Source of the DNA: Candidatus Marinacidobacterium sp.
Lineage (GTDB): Bacteria > Acidobacteriota > Vicinamibacteria > Marinacidobacterales > Marinacidobacteraceae
DNA: 64,000 nt
NCBI GenBank assembly: GCA_965220965.1
Contig: OZ244852.1
Location: forward strand, 2,688,001 to 2,752,000
Direction: 5' to 3'
A program made the translations under genes and the position numbers. The notes under the pieces are model-generated. The model had not been told where the DNA came from. It searched no databases and saw only the letters and a program-made list of their open reading frames with translations. The stretch's first letter is position 1. Every line of letters begins with the position of its first letter. Shown one piece after another: positions 8,060 to 17,287 of this stretch.

Positions 8060-9610
8060 ATGCACGCCCTGCTCGACCGTCTCGGCCTCGGCGACGGCGC
8101 CCCCGGCGCCTGCCACGGACCGGAGTCCTGGATCCTCACCGACGAGGCCCCGCTGGTCTCGACGAACCCCGCCACCGGCGAGCCGATCGCCTCGGTCATT
8201 CCGGCCGACCCCGCCACCGCCGACCAGGTGGTGGCCGCGGCGCGCGACGCCTTCGTCTCGTTCCGCGAGCTGCCCGCCCCGAAACGGGGCGATCTGGTCC
8301 GCGACCTGGGGAACGCGCTCCGCGAGGACAAGGAGCCGCTCGGGGACCTGATCTCGCTCGAGGCGGGGAAGATCCGGGCCGAAGGACACGGCGAAGTCCA
8401 GGAGATGATCGACATCTGCGACTTCGCGGTGGGTCTGTCGCGCCAGCTCTATGGCCTCACGATGGCGTCCGAGCGTCCCGGCCACCGGATGTTCGAGCAG
8501 TGGCACCCGCTCGGCCCCATCGGCGTGATCACCGCGTTCAACTTCCCGATGGCGGTCTGGTCCTGGAACGCCGCGATCGCCGCGGTGTGCGGCGACCCGG
8601 TCGTGTGGAAGCCGTCGGAGCACACCCCGCTCTGCGCGATGGCGGTCCAGAACATCGCGAACCGGGTTCTCGACGACCACCGGCTCTCCGGCGTCTTCAA
8701 CCTCGTCGTGGGGGGCGGCGCGGTCGGGGCGGCGCTCGCGTCGGACCGTCGGCTGCCCCTCGTTTCCTTCACCGGCTCGACCCGCACCGGACGGCGGGTC
8801 GCCGTCGAGGTCGCCGGGCGACTCGGGCGGTGCCTTCTCGAGCTCGGCGGCAACAACGCCGTCGTGGTCACCAAGAACGCCGATCTCGACCTTGCGGTCC
8901 GGGCGATCCTGTTCGGCTCGGTGGGGACCACCGGACAGCGCTGCACCACGACGCGCCGCGTCCTCGCCGACCGCGAGATCGCCGGGGCGCTGACCGAGCG
9001 TCTGCGGGCGGCGTACGCCCAGGTCCCGATCGGAGACCCCCTCGATCCCGCGACCCTCGTCGGACCGCTGATCGGCGAGTCCGCGGTCGAGGCGATGGAG
9101 GAGGCGCTCCGCCGCGCGGTAGCCGAGGGCGGAACCGTCGTCTGCGGCGGGGGGCGGCGGCCCGACATCGGGCCGAACCATGTGGATCCCGCCGTCGTCC
9201 GGATGCCCGCCCAGACCGGGCTGGTCGCCGAGGAGACCTTCGCGCCGATCCTCTACGTGCTCGAAACGGACTCGCTCGAGCAGGCCATCGGCCTCCACAA
9301 CGATGTGCCGCAGGGCCTGTCCTCCGCCATCTTCACCGACAGCCTGCGCGAGGCCGAGACGTTCCTCTCGAGTCGGGGCTCCGACTGCGGGATCGCGAAC
9401 GTGAACATCGGCACCTCGGGCGCCGAGATCGGGGGCGCCTTCGGCGGCGAAAAGGACACCGGGGGCGGGCGCGAGTCGGGCTCTGACGCCTGGAAGGCCT
9501 ACATGCGCCGCCAGACGAACACCGTGAACTGGTCGCGCGATCTGCCGCTCGCCCAGGGGATCGAGTTCGGGCCGTCGCCCGGGACCGGAACACAGGGAGA
9601 AGCAGGATGA
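8060..9610 (+). CDS. Aldehyde dehydrogenase family 7 (antiquitin / aminoadipate-semialdehyde dehydrogenase-like)
   Basis: GEVQEMIDICDFAVGLSRQLYG, ITAFNFP, WKPSE, FTGST, LELGGNNA, GQRCTT, EIGGAFGGEKDTGGGRESGSDAWKAYMRRQT; characteristic of ALDH7. Confidence 0.93.
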   Translation: MHALLDRLGLGDGAPGACHGPESWILTDEAPLVSTNPATGEPIASVIPADPATADQVVAAARDAFVSFRELPAPKRGDLVRDLGNALREDKEPLGDLISLEAGKIRAEGHGEVQEMIDICDFAVGLSRQLYGLTMASERPGHRMFEQWHPLGPIGVITAFNFPMAVWSWNAAIAAVCGDPVVWKPSEHTPLCAMAVQNIANRVLDDHRLSGVFNLVVGGGAVGAALASDRRLPLVSFTGSTRTGRRVAVEVAGRLGRCLLELGGNNAVVVTKNADLDLAVRAILFGSVGTTGQRCTTTRRVLADREIAGALTERLRAAYAQVPIGDPLDPATLVGPLIGESAVEAMEEALRRAVAEGGTVVCGGGRRPDIGPNHVDPAVVRMPAQTGLVAEETFAPILYVLETDSLEQAIGLHNDVPQGLSSAIFTDSLREAETFLSSRGSDCGIANVNIGTSGAEIGGAFGGEKDTGGGRESGSDAWKAYMRRQTNTVNWSRDLPLAQGIEFGPSPGTGTQGEAG

Positions 9611-10374
9611 CGAACGCGTGGAGGAGCGCCCCTTTCGGCGCCATGGTCGCCGGGCTGCTTGCGGTCGGCTGTCAGGGCGGCGTACCGGCGGGCGGAGAGG
9701 TCGCCGGGCCCTCCGCCGCCGAGTCGCTGATCGAGCGCTCCATCGCTTACCACGATCCCGGCGGAAGGTGGGACACCGCGGAGATCCGGCTGCGGATCGC
9801 CGAATCGCGGCCCGGCGGGGAGACGCGGACGACGGAGATCCTCATGGCGCCCGGAGCGGGGACGATGAGCGTCCAGCGGGAGACCGCGGCCGGAGCGATG
9901 GCGTTCGAGGTCGCCGGAGAAGAGGTCCGGTCGTCGTCGGCGCCTCCGGACCCGGAGGCCGGCGACGGGGCATCCGCCGGACCGGGGCTCGACGACGCGC
10001 AGGTCCTGCGCCTCCGGAACTACTACCTCTACCTGTGGGGTCTTCCGATGAAGCTGCGGGACCCGGGGACGATCGTGGCGCCCACCCCCGAGCCCGAGGT
10101 CTACGACGGTCGGCAGACGCTTCGGGTTCGGGTGACCTACGACCCCGAGGTCGGCGGAGACACCTGGTACTTCTATTTCGACCCGGAGAGCGCCCGTCTC
10201 CTCGGGTATCGCTTCTACCACGACGAGGCGGCGAACGACGGCGAGTACATCCACCTGAGCGGAGAGATCGAAGGCGGCGGACTCCGGCTGCCCGCCCGCC
10301 GGGAGTGGTTCACCCACCAGGGAGACGAGTTCCTCGGCGCGGACGAAGCGGTCTCGCTCTCGGTTTCCGGCTGA
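9607..10374 (+). CDS. Lipoprotein of unknown function (DUF6503-like)
   Basis: Lipobox LAVGC; SIAYHDPGGRW, RNYYLYLWGLPMKLRDPG, VTYDPEVGGDTWYFYFD; ATGA overlap with the ALDH gene. Confidence 0.7.
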   Translation: MTNAWRSAPFGAMVAGLLAVGCQGGVPAGGEVAGPSAAESLIERSIAYHDPGGRWDTAEIRLRIAESRPGGETRTTEILMAPGAGTMSVQRETAAGAMAFEVAGEEVRSSSAPPDPEAGDGASAGPGLDDAQVLRLRNYYLYLWGLPMKLRDPGTIVAPTPEPEVYDGRQTLRVRVTYDPEVGGDTWYFYFDPESARLLGYRFYHDEAANDGEYIHLSGEIEGGGLRLPARREWFTHQGDEFLGADEAVSLSVSG

Positions 10375-10394
10375 TCGGTCATCCGGGGAGCGCG

Positions 10395-11903
10395 ATGCTC
10401 GCGCCGACTCTCGCGCTCGGCCTCCTGCTCCCGGCGCCGGGGCTCCTCCAGGAGCGGACGGCGCGCCCCGCCGAGATCGAAGCGCGATCGTTGATCGAGG
10501 CGCAGGATTTCGCCGGAGCGCTCGAAGCGCTGGAGGGGGCCGTCGCGGCGTCCGGCGCGCCCGCCGAACTCCATCGACTGCTGGCCGAGGCGCACGTCGG
10601 GCGCCTCGACTATCCGGCCGCCGTCGCCGCGCTCGCCCTGGCGCCCCGGGACGCGCCAACTCTGCGGCTCGAGGCGCGTCTGCTGGCGATGCTCGGCCGG
10701 GATGACGAGGCGCGGCGAAGCCTCGAGGAACTCCAGGCCCTCGCCGACAGGGACCGGGCGGCGGATCTGGAAGTCGTCTCGCAGTTGCGGCAATCCGGCC
10801 TGGTCGAGGAGGCGGGACGGCTCCTTGGTTCGCCGGCGCCGGACGAGCCGCTGGCCGCAAGGCTCGAGCGGGGACGGCTCCACGCGGCGCGCGGCGACTG
10901 CGAGGGCGCAGCGCCCTTTCTCGAGGCGGCGGCCACCGCCTCGGAGGCGCCCGCCGGCGCCGCCTCCGAGTTGGGGCGATGTCTGGCGCGCCTCGGCCGC
11001 CGCGCCGACGCCGCGCCCTGGCTGCGGCGCGCCATGGCGGAGGACCCGTCGGACCGGGCGGCCCGCTTCCGGCTCGGGCAGCTCCTGCTCCAGGACGAGG
11101 ATCCGGACCGGGTCTTCGAAGGACAGCGACTCCTCACCGGGTACGAGGCGGACCGCCTCCGCGAACGGCGGCGCGCGCTCCTTTTCGCCGCCGTCCTCGG
11201 CGCGGCGCCCGGGAACGGGCCGGCCGACGCGTCGCTCGGCGCCGGGATGGACGCCGCCGACCCCGCCATCTGGGTCCAGCTTCTCGGGCTGTTGCTCGAC
11301 CGGGCGGACGCCGATGCCGGCGAGCGCGCCGAGGCCGCCCGCATCCTCGCCGCCGCTTCGGCCCGCTTCGGGGACGATCCCGCGCTCCGGATCGCCCGCG
11401 CCCGTCTGCGCCTTGCCGAGGGGCGGCCGGCGGCTGCCGTGGAGGCGCTCTCCGGGCTCATCCCCACCGACGGGACGTCGCTTCGGGGGGCGTCGCTCAG
11501 CGCCGCCCGCTGGCTTGGCGAGGCGCACCTCCGTAACGGTGCGCCGGGTGAGGCGGCGGACCTCCTGGCGCGGGTTCTCGCCACCCTGGGTGAGGGCGCT
11601 TCGCCCCGGATCCGGTCGGCCGCCGCCACCGCCTTCGCCATGAGCGGCGATCCGGATCGCGCGCTCGCCGAGTTCGACCGGGTTCTCGCGGCGGCCGCCG
11701 GAGTCGCGCGGGCCGGGCCGCTGACCGACAGCGCGTTCGTCCTCGAGATGCTGGGGCGCGGCGGCGAGGCCGAGATCCGCTATCGCGAGGCCCTCGTCAC
11801 CGACCCCTCCCACGCCCCCGCCCGGGAGGCTCTCGCCGATCTCCTCCGCCGCACCGGGCGCGCCGACGAAGCCGCCGCGCTCCTTCGACCGCGCGGCGGC
11901 TGA
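10395..11903 (+). CDS. Exported tetratricopeptide-repeat protein
   Basis: ATG 10395 after GGGGAG; signal-like N-terminus MLAPTLALGLLL; Ala/Leu-rich TPR helices throughout. Confidence 0.7.
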   Translation: MLAPTLALGLLLPAPGLLQERTARPAEIEARSLIEAQDFAGALEALEGAVAASGAPAELHRLLAEAHVGRLDYPAAVAALALAPRDAPTLRLEARLLAMLGRDDEARRSLEELQALADRDRAADLEVVSQLRQSGLVEEAGRLLGSPAPDEPLAARLERGRLHAARGDCEGAAPFLEAAATASEAPAGAASELGRCLARLGRRADAAPWLRRAMAEDPSDRAARFRLGQLLLQDEDPDRVFEGQRLLTGYEADRLRERRRALLFAAVLGAAPGNGPADASLGAGMDAADPAIWVQLLGLLLDRADADAGERAEAARILAAASARFGDDPALRIARARLRLAEGRPAAAVEALSGLIPTDGTSLRGASLSAARWLGEAHLRNGAPGEAADLLARVLATLGEGASPRIRSAAATAFAMSGDPDRALAEFDRVLAAAAGVARAGPLTDSAFVLEMLGRGGEAEIRYREALVTDPSHAPAREALADLLRRTGRADEAAALLRPRGG

Positions 11904-11915
11904 GCCGACGCGTTC

Positions 11916-13277
11916 TCAGGGGTCGGTCGCCGGGGCGCGGGCCGTCGCGAGAAGGGCGTTCAGCTCGGTCCAGCGCTCGCGGGCCACCACGAGCGCCCGC
12001 GCGTCGTCCTCCCGCAGCGCGTGGACCGGGCCCGACGAGCGAACCGTCAGGCGCACCGTCTCCGAGGTCGCGGCGCCGCCGTCTTCGGCCTCGGTGACGG
12101 TGAGCGTCCAGCGGTCGCCCTCGGAGGGGAGCCCGGCGTCCGCCACCGCCTCGGCGTCCGTCGAGTTCAGGGCGTAGAGGAAGTCGTCGACGGCCGTCCC
12201 GTCCACTGTCACCGGGTCGGCGGTCTCCTCTTCCAGGGTCCACTCCCGCCTCTCCTCCCCGTCGCTCCGGAGGAACGCGAGGGCCTCCCCGGGAGCTTCG
12301 ATCCTGACCTCGAGAGCGCGGAACGCGGCGAACCGGAACACCCGGAGCGAACGGACTCCGGCGAGCCCGTCGCGGACCGCCGCTTCCAGATCGTCGAACA
12401 GCGCGTCGGCGACGACCGCGACGTCTCCCTCGCCCGCCCGGACGAAGACCCCGGGCGGCGAATCGCTCCGGTCGCCGAACCGGAGGGTCACCGAGGTCGG
12501 CGTTTCCTCGGTTCCGGTGACCAGATCCAGCTCCGCGGTGAGCCGCGGCGCGCCGAAGCCGGCGTCGCTGTCCGGGTCTTCGGACCGGGGCCCCAGCATC
12601 CGCGCGTCGAGCACCTGGTCGGCGAGGGTGGCGGCCTCGAAGGGGTCGGCGAGGAAGCGGAACGGCTGGAGGATCCGCCAGACGCCGTCCTCGCGCGCGA
12701 GCTCCACGGTCTCCCCGTCCGAACCCAGGCTGAGACGGCGGGCGGCGGGGGAGTCGAGGCGGAAGAGACGCTTGTCCCGGAAGTCCCAGGCGGCGCGGTC
12801 GAAATTGTCCCGGGCGAAGGCCGGGACCACGAGGACCGCGTCCCCGGAGCGGAGGTAGCGGTTGCCGGGCGCGGGGGTCTCCTGACCGAAGCCGACTTGC
12901 TGCGCGCCCTCGGCCGCCTCGATCTCGACGCTCAGCCCGGGCGGAGCGAGTCCGAAGCGAGCGAGGTCGTCGCCCGCCGGGAGCTCCCGTTCGGAACGCA
13001 GCGACTCGATGTTCTGCAGCAGGAGGTCGACCTCCGAAGCGTCCGCGGGGACCGGAGGCCCCTCGCCCTCGGCGACGACCCAGCCCCCGTCAGCGCGGGT
13101 GAGCCGCACCGTCGGCGCGTCCGGTCGCGCGATCGAGGCGGCGAGGACCTCGTCCGCCGCGACGTCGAAGACCGGCGTCCCCTCGGCTTCGGAGTCGGGC
13201 TCGCCGCGCTCGAACAGCAGGATCCAGCCGAGGACGAGGAGCGCCGCCGCCAGCGCAACGAGGGTGCTGCGTCGCAA
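11916..13277 (-). CDS. DUF4340 domain protein (Gld-like ABC system accessory)
   Basis: N-terminal TM anchor; DLARFGLAPP, GQETP, DFRDKRLF repeats; last gene of the gldA-F-G-like operon. Confidence 0.75.
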   Translation of the reverse strand: MRRSTLVALAAALLVLGWILLFERGEPDSEAEGTPVFDVAADEVLAASIARPDAPTVRLTRADGGWVVAEGEGPPVPADASEVDLLLQNIESLRSERELPAGDDLARFGLAPPGLSVEIEAAEGAQQVGFGQETPAPGNRYLRSGDAVLVVPAFARDNFDRAAWDFRDKRLFRLDSPAARRLSLGSDGETVELAREDGVWRILQPFRFLADPFEAATLADQVLDARMLGPRSEDPDSDAGFGAPRLTAELDLVTGTEETPTSVTLRFGDRSDSPPGVFVRAGEGDVAVVADALFDDLEAAVRDGLAGVRSLRVFRFAAFRALEVRIEAPGEALAFLRSDGEERREWTLEEETADPVTVDGTAVDDFLYALNSTDAEAVADAGLPSEGDRWTLTVTEAEDGGAATSETVRLTVRSSGPVHALREDDARALVVARERWTELNALLATARAPATDP

Positions 13278-13284
13278 CCGCCTG

Positions 13285-14811
13285 CTACCTGCGCGACCAC
13301 CAGACCGCGATGCCCCAGACCAGCCAGAAGCCGGGCAGGAACACCAGGCTGAACAGCACGGTGTTCCGCACCTGCGCCGCGGTCATCGTGATCCGCCGGT
13401 CTCCCGGGTCGCGCGGGCGGATCGCGATCAGGTCCTCGTCCTCCGCGAGCCAGTTCACCATGTTGAGGAAGAGGTCGGCGTTGCCGAGCGGCGCCAGCGC
13501 CAGGTTGTTGCCGACGAAGTCGGAGTCGCCGACGATCACCAGTCGGCCTTCGGGCCCGTCCGCCGCTCCCCCATCCGGGTCGCCGGCGCCCAACGCGTCG
13601 GCCTCGCCGACGGCGTCCACGGGCTCGGCCTCGGCCTCCTCGCTCTCGCCCGGAGGACGGACGGTGACGGCGACGGCCAGCGTCAACGGGCCGGCGCGGT
13701 CCTCATCGTCCGGAATGACCTCGCCGCTCTCGAGCTCCTCGCCGTTGCGCTCCCCCCAGCTCGCCTCGGAACTCAGCACGAGCTCGTGGACCTGGATCCC
13801 TTCGGGACGGTCCTCGAACTCCACCGGGATGAGGCTCTGCGCGAGCGGGAACACGGTGGCCGCCGTCTCGAAGCCGCGCGTAATGGCGTGGAATCCGTAG
13901 GAGGCGGCGAGCGGGACCTCGATCCCGAACCCGAAGAGCTGGCCCACCCCGCTCGCATCGAGGACGACATCGCCCGCCGGCGGCGCCCCGAACTCGCTGG
14001 CCAGGTCCAGCAGCGCCACGCGGTTGTCCTCGAGGTCCGGCGGATCCGGAGGATCCAGCAGCAGCATGACCTTGCCGCCGGAGCGGACATGGTCCGCGAG
14101 CGCCTCGGCCTCCGCCGGGAGCAGATCCAGCCGCGGACCGGCGACGATCACGACGGCGGCGTCCTCCGGGAGCGCGACCGCCCCCGCCTCGACCGAGGCG
14201 AGGAGCTGGAGTTCATCGACCTCGTAGTTGGATTCCTCGAGGCGCGACCGGATCGCGGAGAGCCCGCCGGCGCCGGTCTCCTCGAGTGACGGCTCCTGGT
14301 GGCCGCTCGTGAAGTAGACCTTCTTCGTTTCTCCCTTGAGCAGGCGCACGATGGCGTTCGTGATGTCCTGTTCCTGCGGGGCGGCGACCCTTTCCTGACG
14401 GTCGCCGGCTTCCACCACGACCGTCCCGAAGGGGATCCCGGCCTCCGCGGTCGCCTGGTATCGCCGGGCCCGGACCGGCTCCGCCTCGGGGTCGATCACT
14501 TCCCAGGCGATCCGGTCGCTGGCGTCGGCGTAGGACTCGAACAGCTCGATCGTCGGGCCGGCGGCGCGGGGTTGATCGAGGACGACGAGCCGGATCTCGC
14601 GGTCCAGGTCTCCCAGGATCCCGAGCGTCTGCGGCGCGAGGCTGTAGATCCCCTCGCGGGTCGTGTCCCAGGACGCGTTCCGGCGGTTCCCGACGTAGTT
14701 CACTCCGACGACGACCGCGAGCAGGAGAAGCGCGGTGGCGCCCAGATTCGCCCCCTCGCGGGCGTTTCGCCCGGAGAGCGCGGTTCGCAGCCGCCCGAAG
14801 AGACGCCTCAC
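13285..14811 (-). CDS. GldG-family ABC auxiliary/substrate-binding component
   Basis: WDTTREGIYSLAPQT, VYFTSGHQE, VIVAGPRLDL, GRLVIVGDSDF, GNADLFLNMVNWL, C-terminal TM ending WWSRR; start set at the GTGA overlap. Confidence 0.85.
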   Translation of the reverse strand: MRRLFGRLRTALSGRNAREGANLGATALLLLAVVVGVNYVGNRRNASWDTTREGIYSLAPQTLGILGDLDREIRLVVLDQPRAAGPTIELFESYADASDRIAWEVIDPEAEPVRARRYQATAEAGIPFGTVVVEAGDRQERVAAPQEQDITNAIVRLLKGETKKVYFTSGHQEPSLEETGAGGLSAIRSRLEESNYEVDELQLLASVEAGAVALPEDAAVVIVAGPRLDLLPAEAEALADHVRSGGKVMLLLDPPDPPDLEDNRVALLDLASEFGAPPAGDVVLDASGVGQLFGFGIEVPLAASYGFHAITRGFETAATVFPLAQSLIPVEFEDRPEGIQVHELVLSSEASWGERNGEELESGEVIPDDEDRAGPLTLAVAVTVRPPGESEEAEAEPVDAVGEADALGAGDPDGGAADGPEGRLVIVGDSDFVGNNLALAPLGNADLFLNMVNWLAEDEDLIAIRPRDPGDRRITMTAAQVRNTVLFSLVFLPGFWLVWGIAVWWSRR

Positions 14812-15578
14812 CCGCGCCACCGGCGGGACCGGATCGACTCCCGCGTGAGGAACAGCCAGAACCCGGCGAAGGTCAGGTAGAACACGATGTCGCGCGTTGC
14901 GATCACGCCGCGGGCGAAGTCCGACATGTGCCCGGTCACCGACACGTAGGCCAGCGCCGCCCGCGCCCCGCCGCCCCCCTGGTCGGCGAACTCGACCAGC
15001 CAGAGGACGAGGAGCGCGCCGAGGCTCAGCAACCCGGCGACGATCTGGCTGCGGGTGAGGCTGGAGAAGAAGAGCCCGAGCGCGAGGACCGCGGCGCCGA
15101 ACAGCGTCAGTCCGAGATAGGCGGCGAGCACCGGGCCCGGGTCCGGCTGGCTGAACCAGAACAGGACGGCCAGATGGAACAGGGTGAACCCCAGCATGAC
15201 CAGATAGAGCGCGAACGCGCCCAGGAACTTGCCGAGGACGATCTGGGTGTCGGTCACCGGCGCGGTGAGGAGGAGCTCGAGGGTTCCTGCGCGGACCTCC
15301 TCGGAAATCGCCCGCATCGAGAGCAGCGGGGCGAAGAACAGCACGAGGATCGCGGCGCTCGCCAGCAGCCAGCGGATCAGGTCGTGGTTCACGTGGAGGT
15401 CGCCGCCGGAGAATCCGCCCATCTGCGCCGTGCGCATCCCGGCCTCCACGAAGTTCGCGAGGAAGTCGCTGAAGAAGTAGCCGAACAGGAAGGCGAACAC
15501 CCCGAAGAGCACGAACGCCACCGGCGAGGCGAGCGCCGCGGTGAAGTCGCGGCGCGCGATCGTGAGCGCGTTCCTCAC
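14808..15578 (-). CDS. ABC-2 permease (GldF-like)
   Basis: VRNALTIARRDF...SPVA, PLLSMRAISEEVRAGTLELLLTAPVTDTQIVLGKFLG; multiple TM helices. Confidence 0.88.
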   Translation of the reverse strand: MRNALTIARRDFTAALASPVAFVLFGVFAFLFGYFFSDFLANFVEAGMRTAQMGGFSGGDLHVNHDLIRWLLASAAILVLFFAPLLSMRAISEEVRAGTLELLLTAPVTDTQIVLGKFLGAFALYLVMLGFTLFHLAVLFWFSQPDPGPVLAAYLGLTLFGAAVLALGLFFSSLTRSQIVAGLLSLGALLVLWLVEFADQGGGGARAALAYVSVTGHMSDFARGVIATRDIVFYLTFAGFWLFLTRESIRSRRWRG

Positions 15579-16555
15579 GCTTCCGGCGCCTCCTCGGTGG
15601 TGAGCTCGAGGAAGATCTCCTCGAGACTGGCCTCCGCGCGCCGCAGTCCGAGGAGCGGGAACCCGCCGTCCAGCAGCGCCCGCGCCAGGTCGGAGCGCCG
15701 GTCGACGCCCGCCGTCTCGACGCGGAGCAGCCGGCCGCCCTCGGCGGTTGCTGCGCCGGTGGTCACCGCCAGGACTCCCGGAACCGCTTCGAGCGCGGCG
15801 CGCGCGGCGTCCAGCCGATCCTCCGAACCGGGATCCGGGGTCTCGAGCTCGACGACCGCGCCGCCCTCGCGCGCCGCCCCCATCCGGGAGGCGAGCGCCT
15901 CGGGAGCGTCTTCGGCGCGCAGGCGGCCCCGGCTGATGATCACGACCCGGTCGCAGGTCACTTCCACCTCGGGCAGGATGTGGGTCGACAGCACGACGGT
16001 CCGCTCGCCCGCGAGCTCCCGGATGAGGCGCCGGGTCTCGTGGATCTGTTTCGGGTCGAGCCCGGCGGTGGGTTCGTCGAGGACCAGAACCGCGGGGTCG
16101 TGGACCAGCGCCTGAGCGAGTCCGACGCGCTGCCGGTAGCCGCGGCTCAGCCGCCCGATGATCCACTCCCGGACATCTCCGAGCGCGCACCGCTCGACCG
16201 CCCGGTCCACCGAGGCGCGGATCGCGCTTCGGGGCGTCCCCCGGAGCCGCGCCGCGAACCGGAGGTAACCCTCGACGTCCATCTCCGGATAGAGCGGCGG
16301 GGTCTCCGGCAGGTAGCCGATCTGGCGCCGGGCGGAGACCGGGGCCTCGGAGAGGTCCTCGCCGCCGATCAGGACCCGTCCGGAGCTCGGCGGCATGAAG
16401 CCGGTGAGGACCCGCATCGTGGTGGTCTTTCCGGCCCCGTTGGGACCGAGGAAGCCCAGCACCTGGCCCCTGGGAACGGTGAAGCTGAGATCCGCGACGG
16501 CGAGGTGCGCGCCGTACCGCCGGGACACCCGGTCCACGACGATGACGGGATCCAC
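15575..16555 (-). CDS. ABC transporter ATP-binding protein (GldA-like)
   Basis: Walker A GPNGAGKTT, signature LSRGYRQR, Walker B VLVLDEPT, H-loop STH; start codon uncertain (16555 or 16609). Confidence 0.92.
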   Translation of the reverse strand: MDPVIVVDRVSRRYGAHLAVADLSFTVPRGQVLGFLGPNGAGKTTTMRVLTGFMPPSSGRVLIGGEDLSEAPVSARRQIGYLPETPPLYPEMDVEGYLRFAARLRGTPRSAIRASVDRAVERCALGDVREWIIGRLSRGYRQRVGLAQALVHDPAVLVLDEPTAGLDPKQIHETRRLIRELAGERTVVLSTHILPEVEVTCDRVVIISRGRLRAEDAPEALASRMGAAREGGAVVELETPDPGSEDRLDAARAALEAVPGVLAVTTGAATAEGGRLLRVETAGVDRRSDLARALLDGGFPLLGLRRAEASLEEIFLELTTEEAPEA

Positions 16556-16654
16556 GGAGTGTCGGAGAGCCTGATTCCTGCCGCGCGCGCCGGCGTGCTG
16601 CGAGTCCACCGGGCGGCCAGCCAGTCTATACTCGGTGGAAGCTCGCCCCGAACC

Positions 16655-17272
16655 ATGTGGATCCGTCGTTCCTTCGTGTCAGGGCTCGCGCTCTCCGCCG
16701 CCCTCGGGGCCGCGGCGTTCGGAACCGTCGCCTGCACCGACCAGGCCGCGAACGCGGTGGCGGCGCGGCTCGAGTTGACGGACCTGGTCGCCTACTGGGC
16801 GGTCCGCGGCCGGGACTCCGAGGGGAACAACTACATCCGGCCGACGGTGCGGTTCCGGGTCCGGAACACGAACGCCGAGCCGGTGGAGTACATCCAGGTC
16901 ATGAGCGTGTTCCGTCGCGAGTCGGCGCCGGAGGAGGCGTGGGGCACCGGGTACATCCACTCGGTCCACGAGGCGCCGCTGGCGCCCGAGGAGGAGAGCC
17001 CCGAGCACACGCTGCGCGCCGACTCGAACTACCTTTCGCAGGGCTCCCCGGAACGCATGTTCGAGAACGCCCTCTGGGAGGATGTCGAGGTCGAGCTCTT
17101 CGTCCGCGTCGGGGCCTCGAGCTGGGTGACCCGCGGGAAGACCGTGGCGCTGCGCCGCCTCGGTCCGCCGGGCGTCGAGAAGTACCTCGAACCCATCGAG
17201 GACGAGCCGATCTACCACGAAGCCGGTCGGGAGCCGGAGACGCCCCCGGGCCCCGGCGACGGGTCGCGGTAG
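16655..17272 (+). CDS. Hypothetical lipoprotein
   Basis: MWIRRSFVSGLALSAALGAAAFGTVAC signal/lipobox; beta-rich mature region; GC3-biased codons; TATACT at 16627-16632 upstream. Confidence 0.7.
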   Translation: MWIRRSFVSGLALSAALGAAAFGTVACTDQAANAVAARLELTDLVAYWAVRGRDSEGNNYIRPTVRFRVRNTNAEPVEYIQVMSVFRRESAPEEAWGTGYIHSVHEAPLAPEEESPEHTLRADSNYLSQGSPERMFENALWEDVEVELFVRVGASSWVTRGKTVALRRLGPPGVEKYLEPIEDEPIYHEAGREPETPPGPGDGSR

Positions 17273-17287
17273 CCGGCCTCGCCGCGT

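Noticed and set aside
2895-9298. Long antisense ORFs (2895-5495 and 5774-9298; likewise 21850-24324, 30382-33135, 32637-35984, 37036-39969, 49270-51882)
   Set aside because: Typical stop-poor shadow frames of high-GC genes; each lies opposite a gene with clear family motifs.
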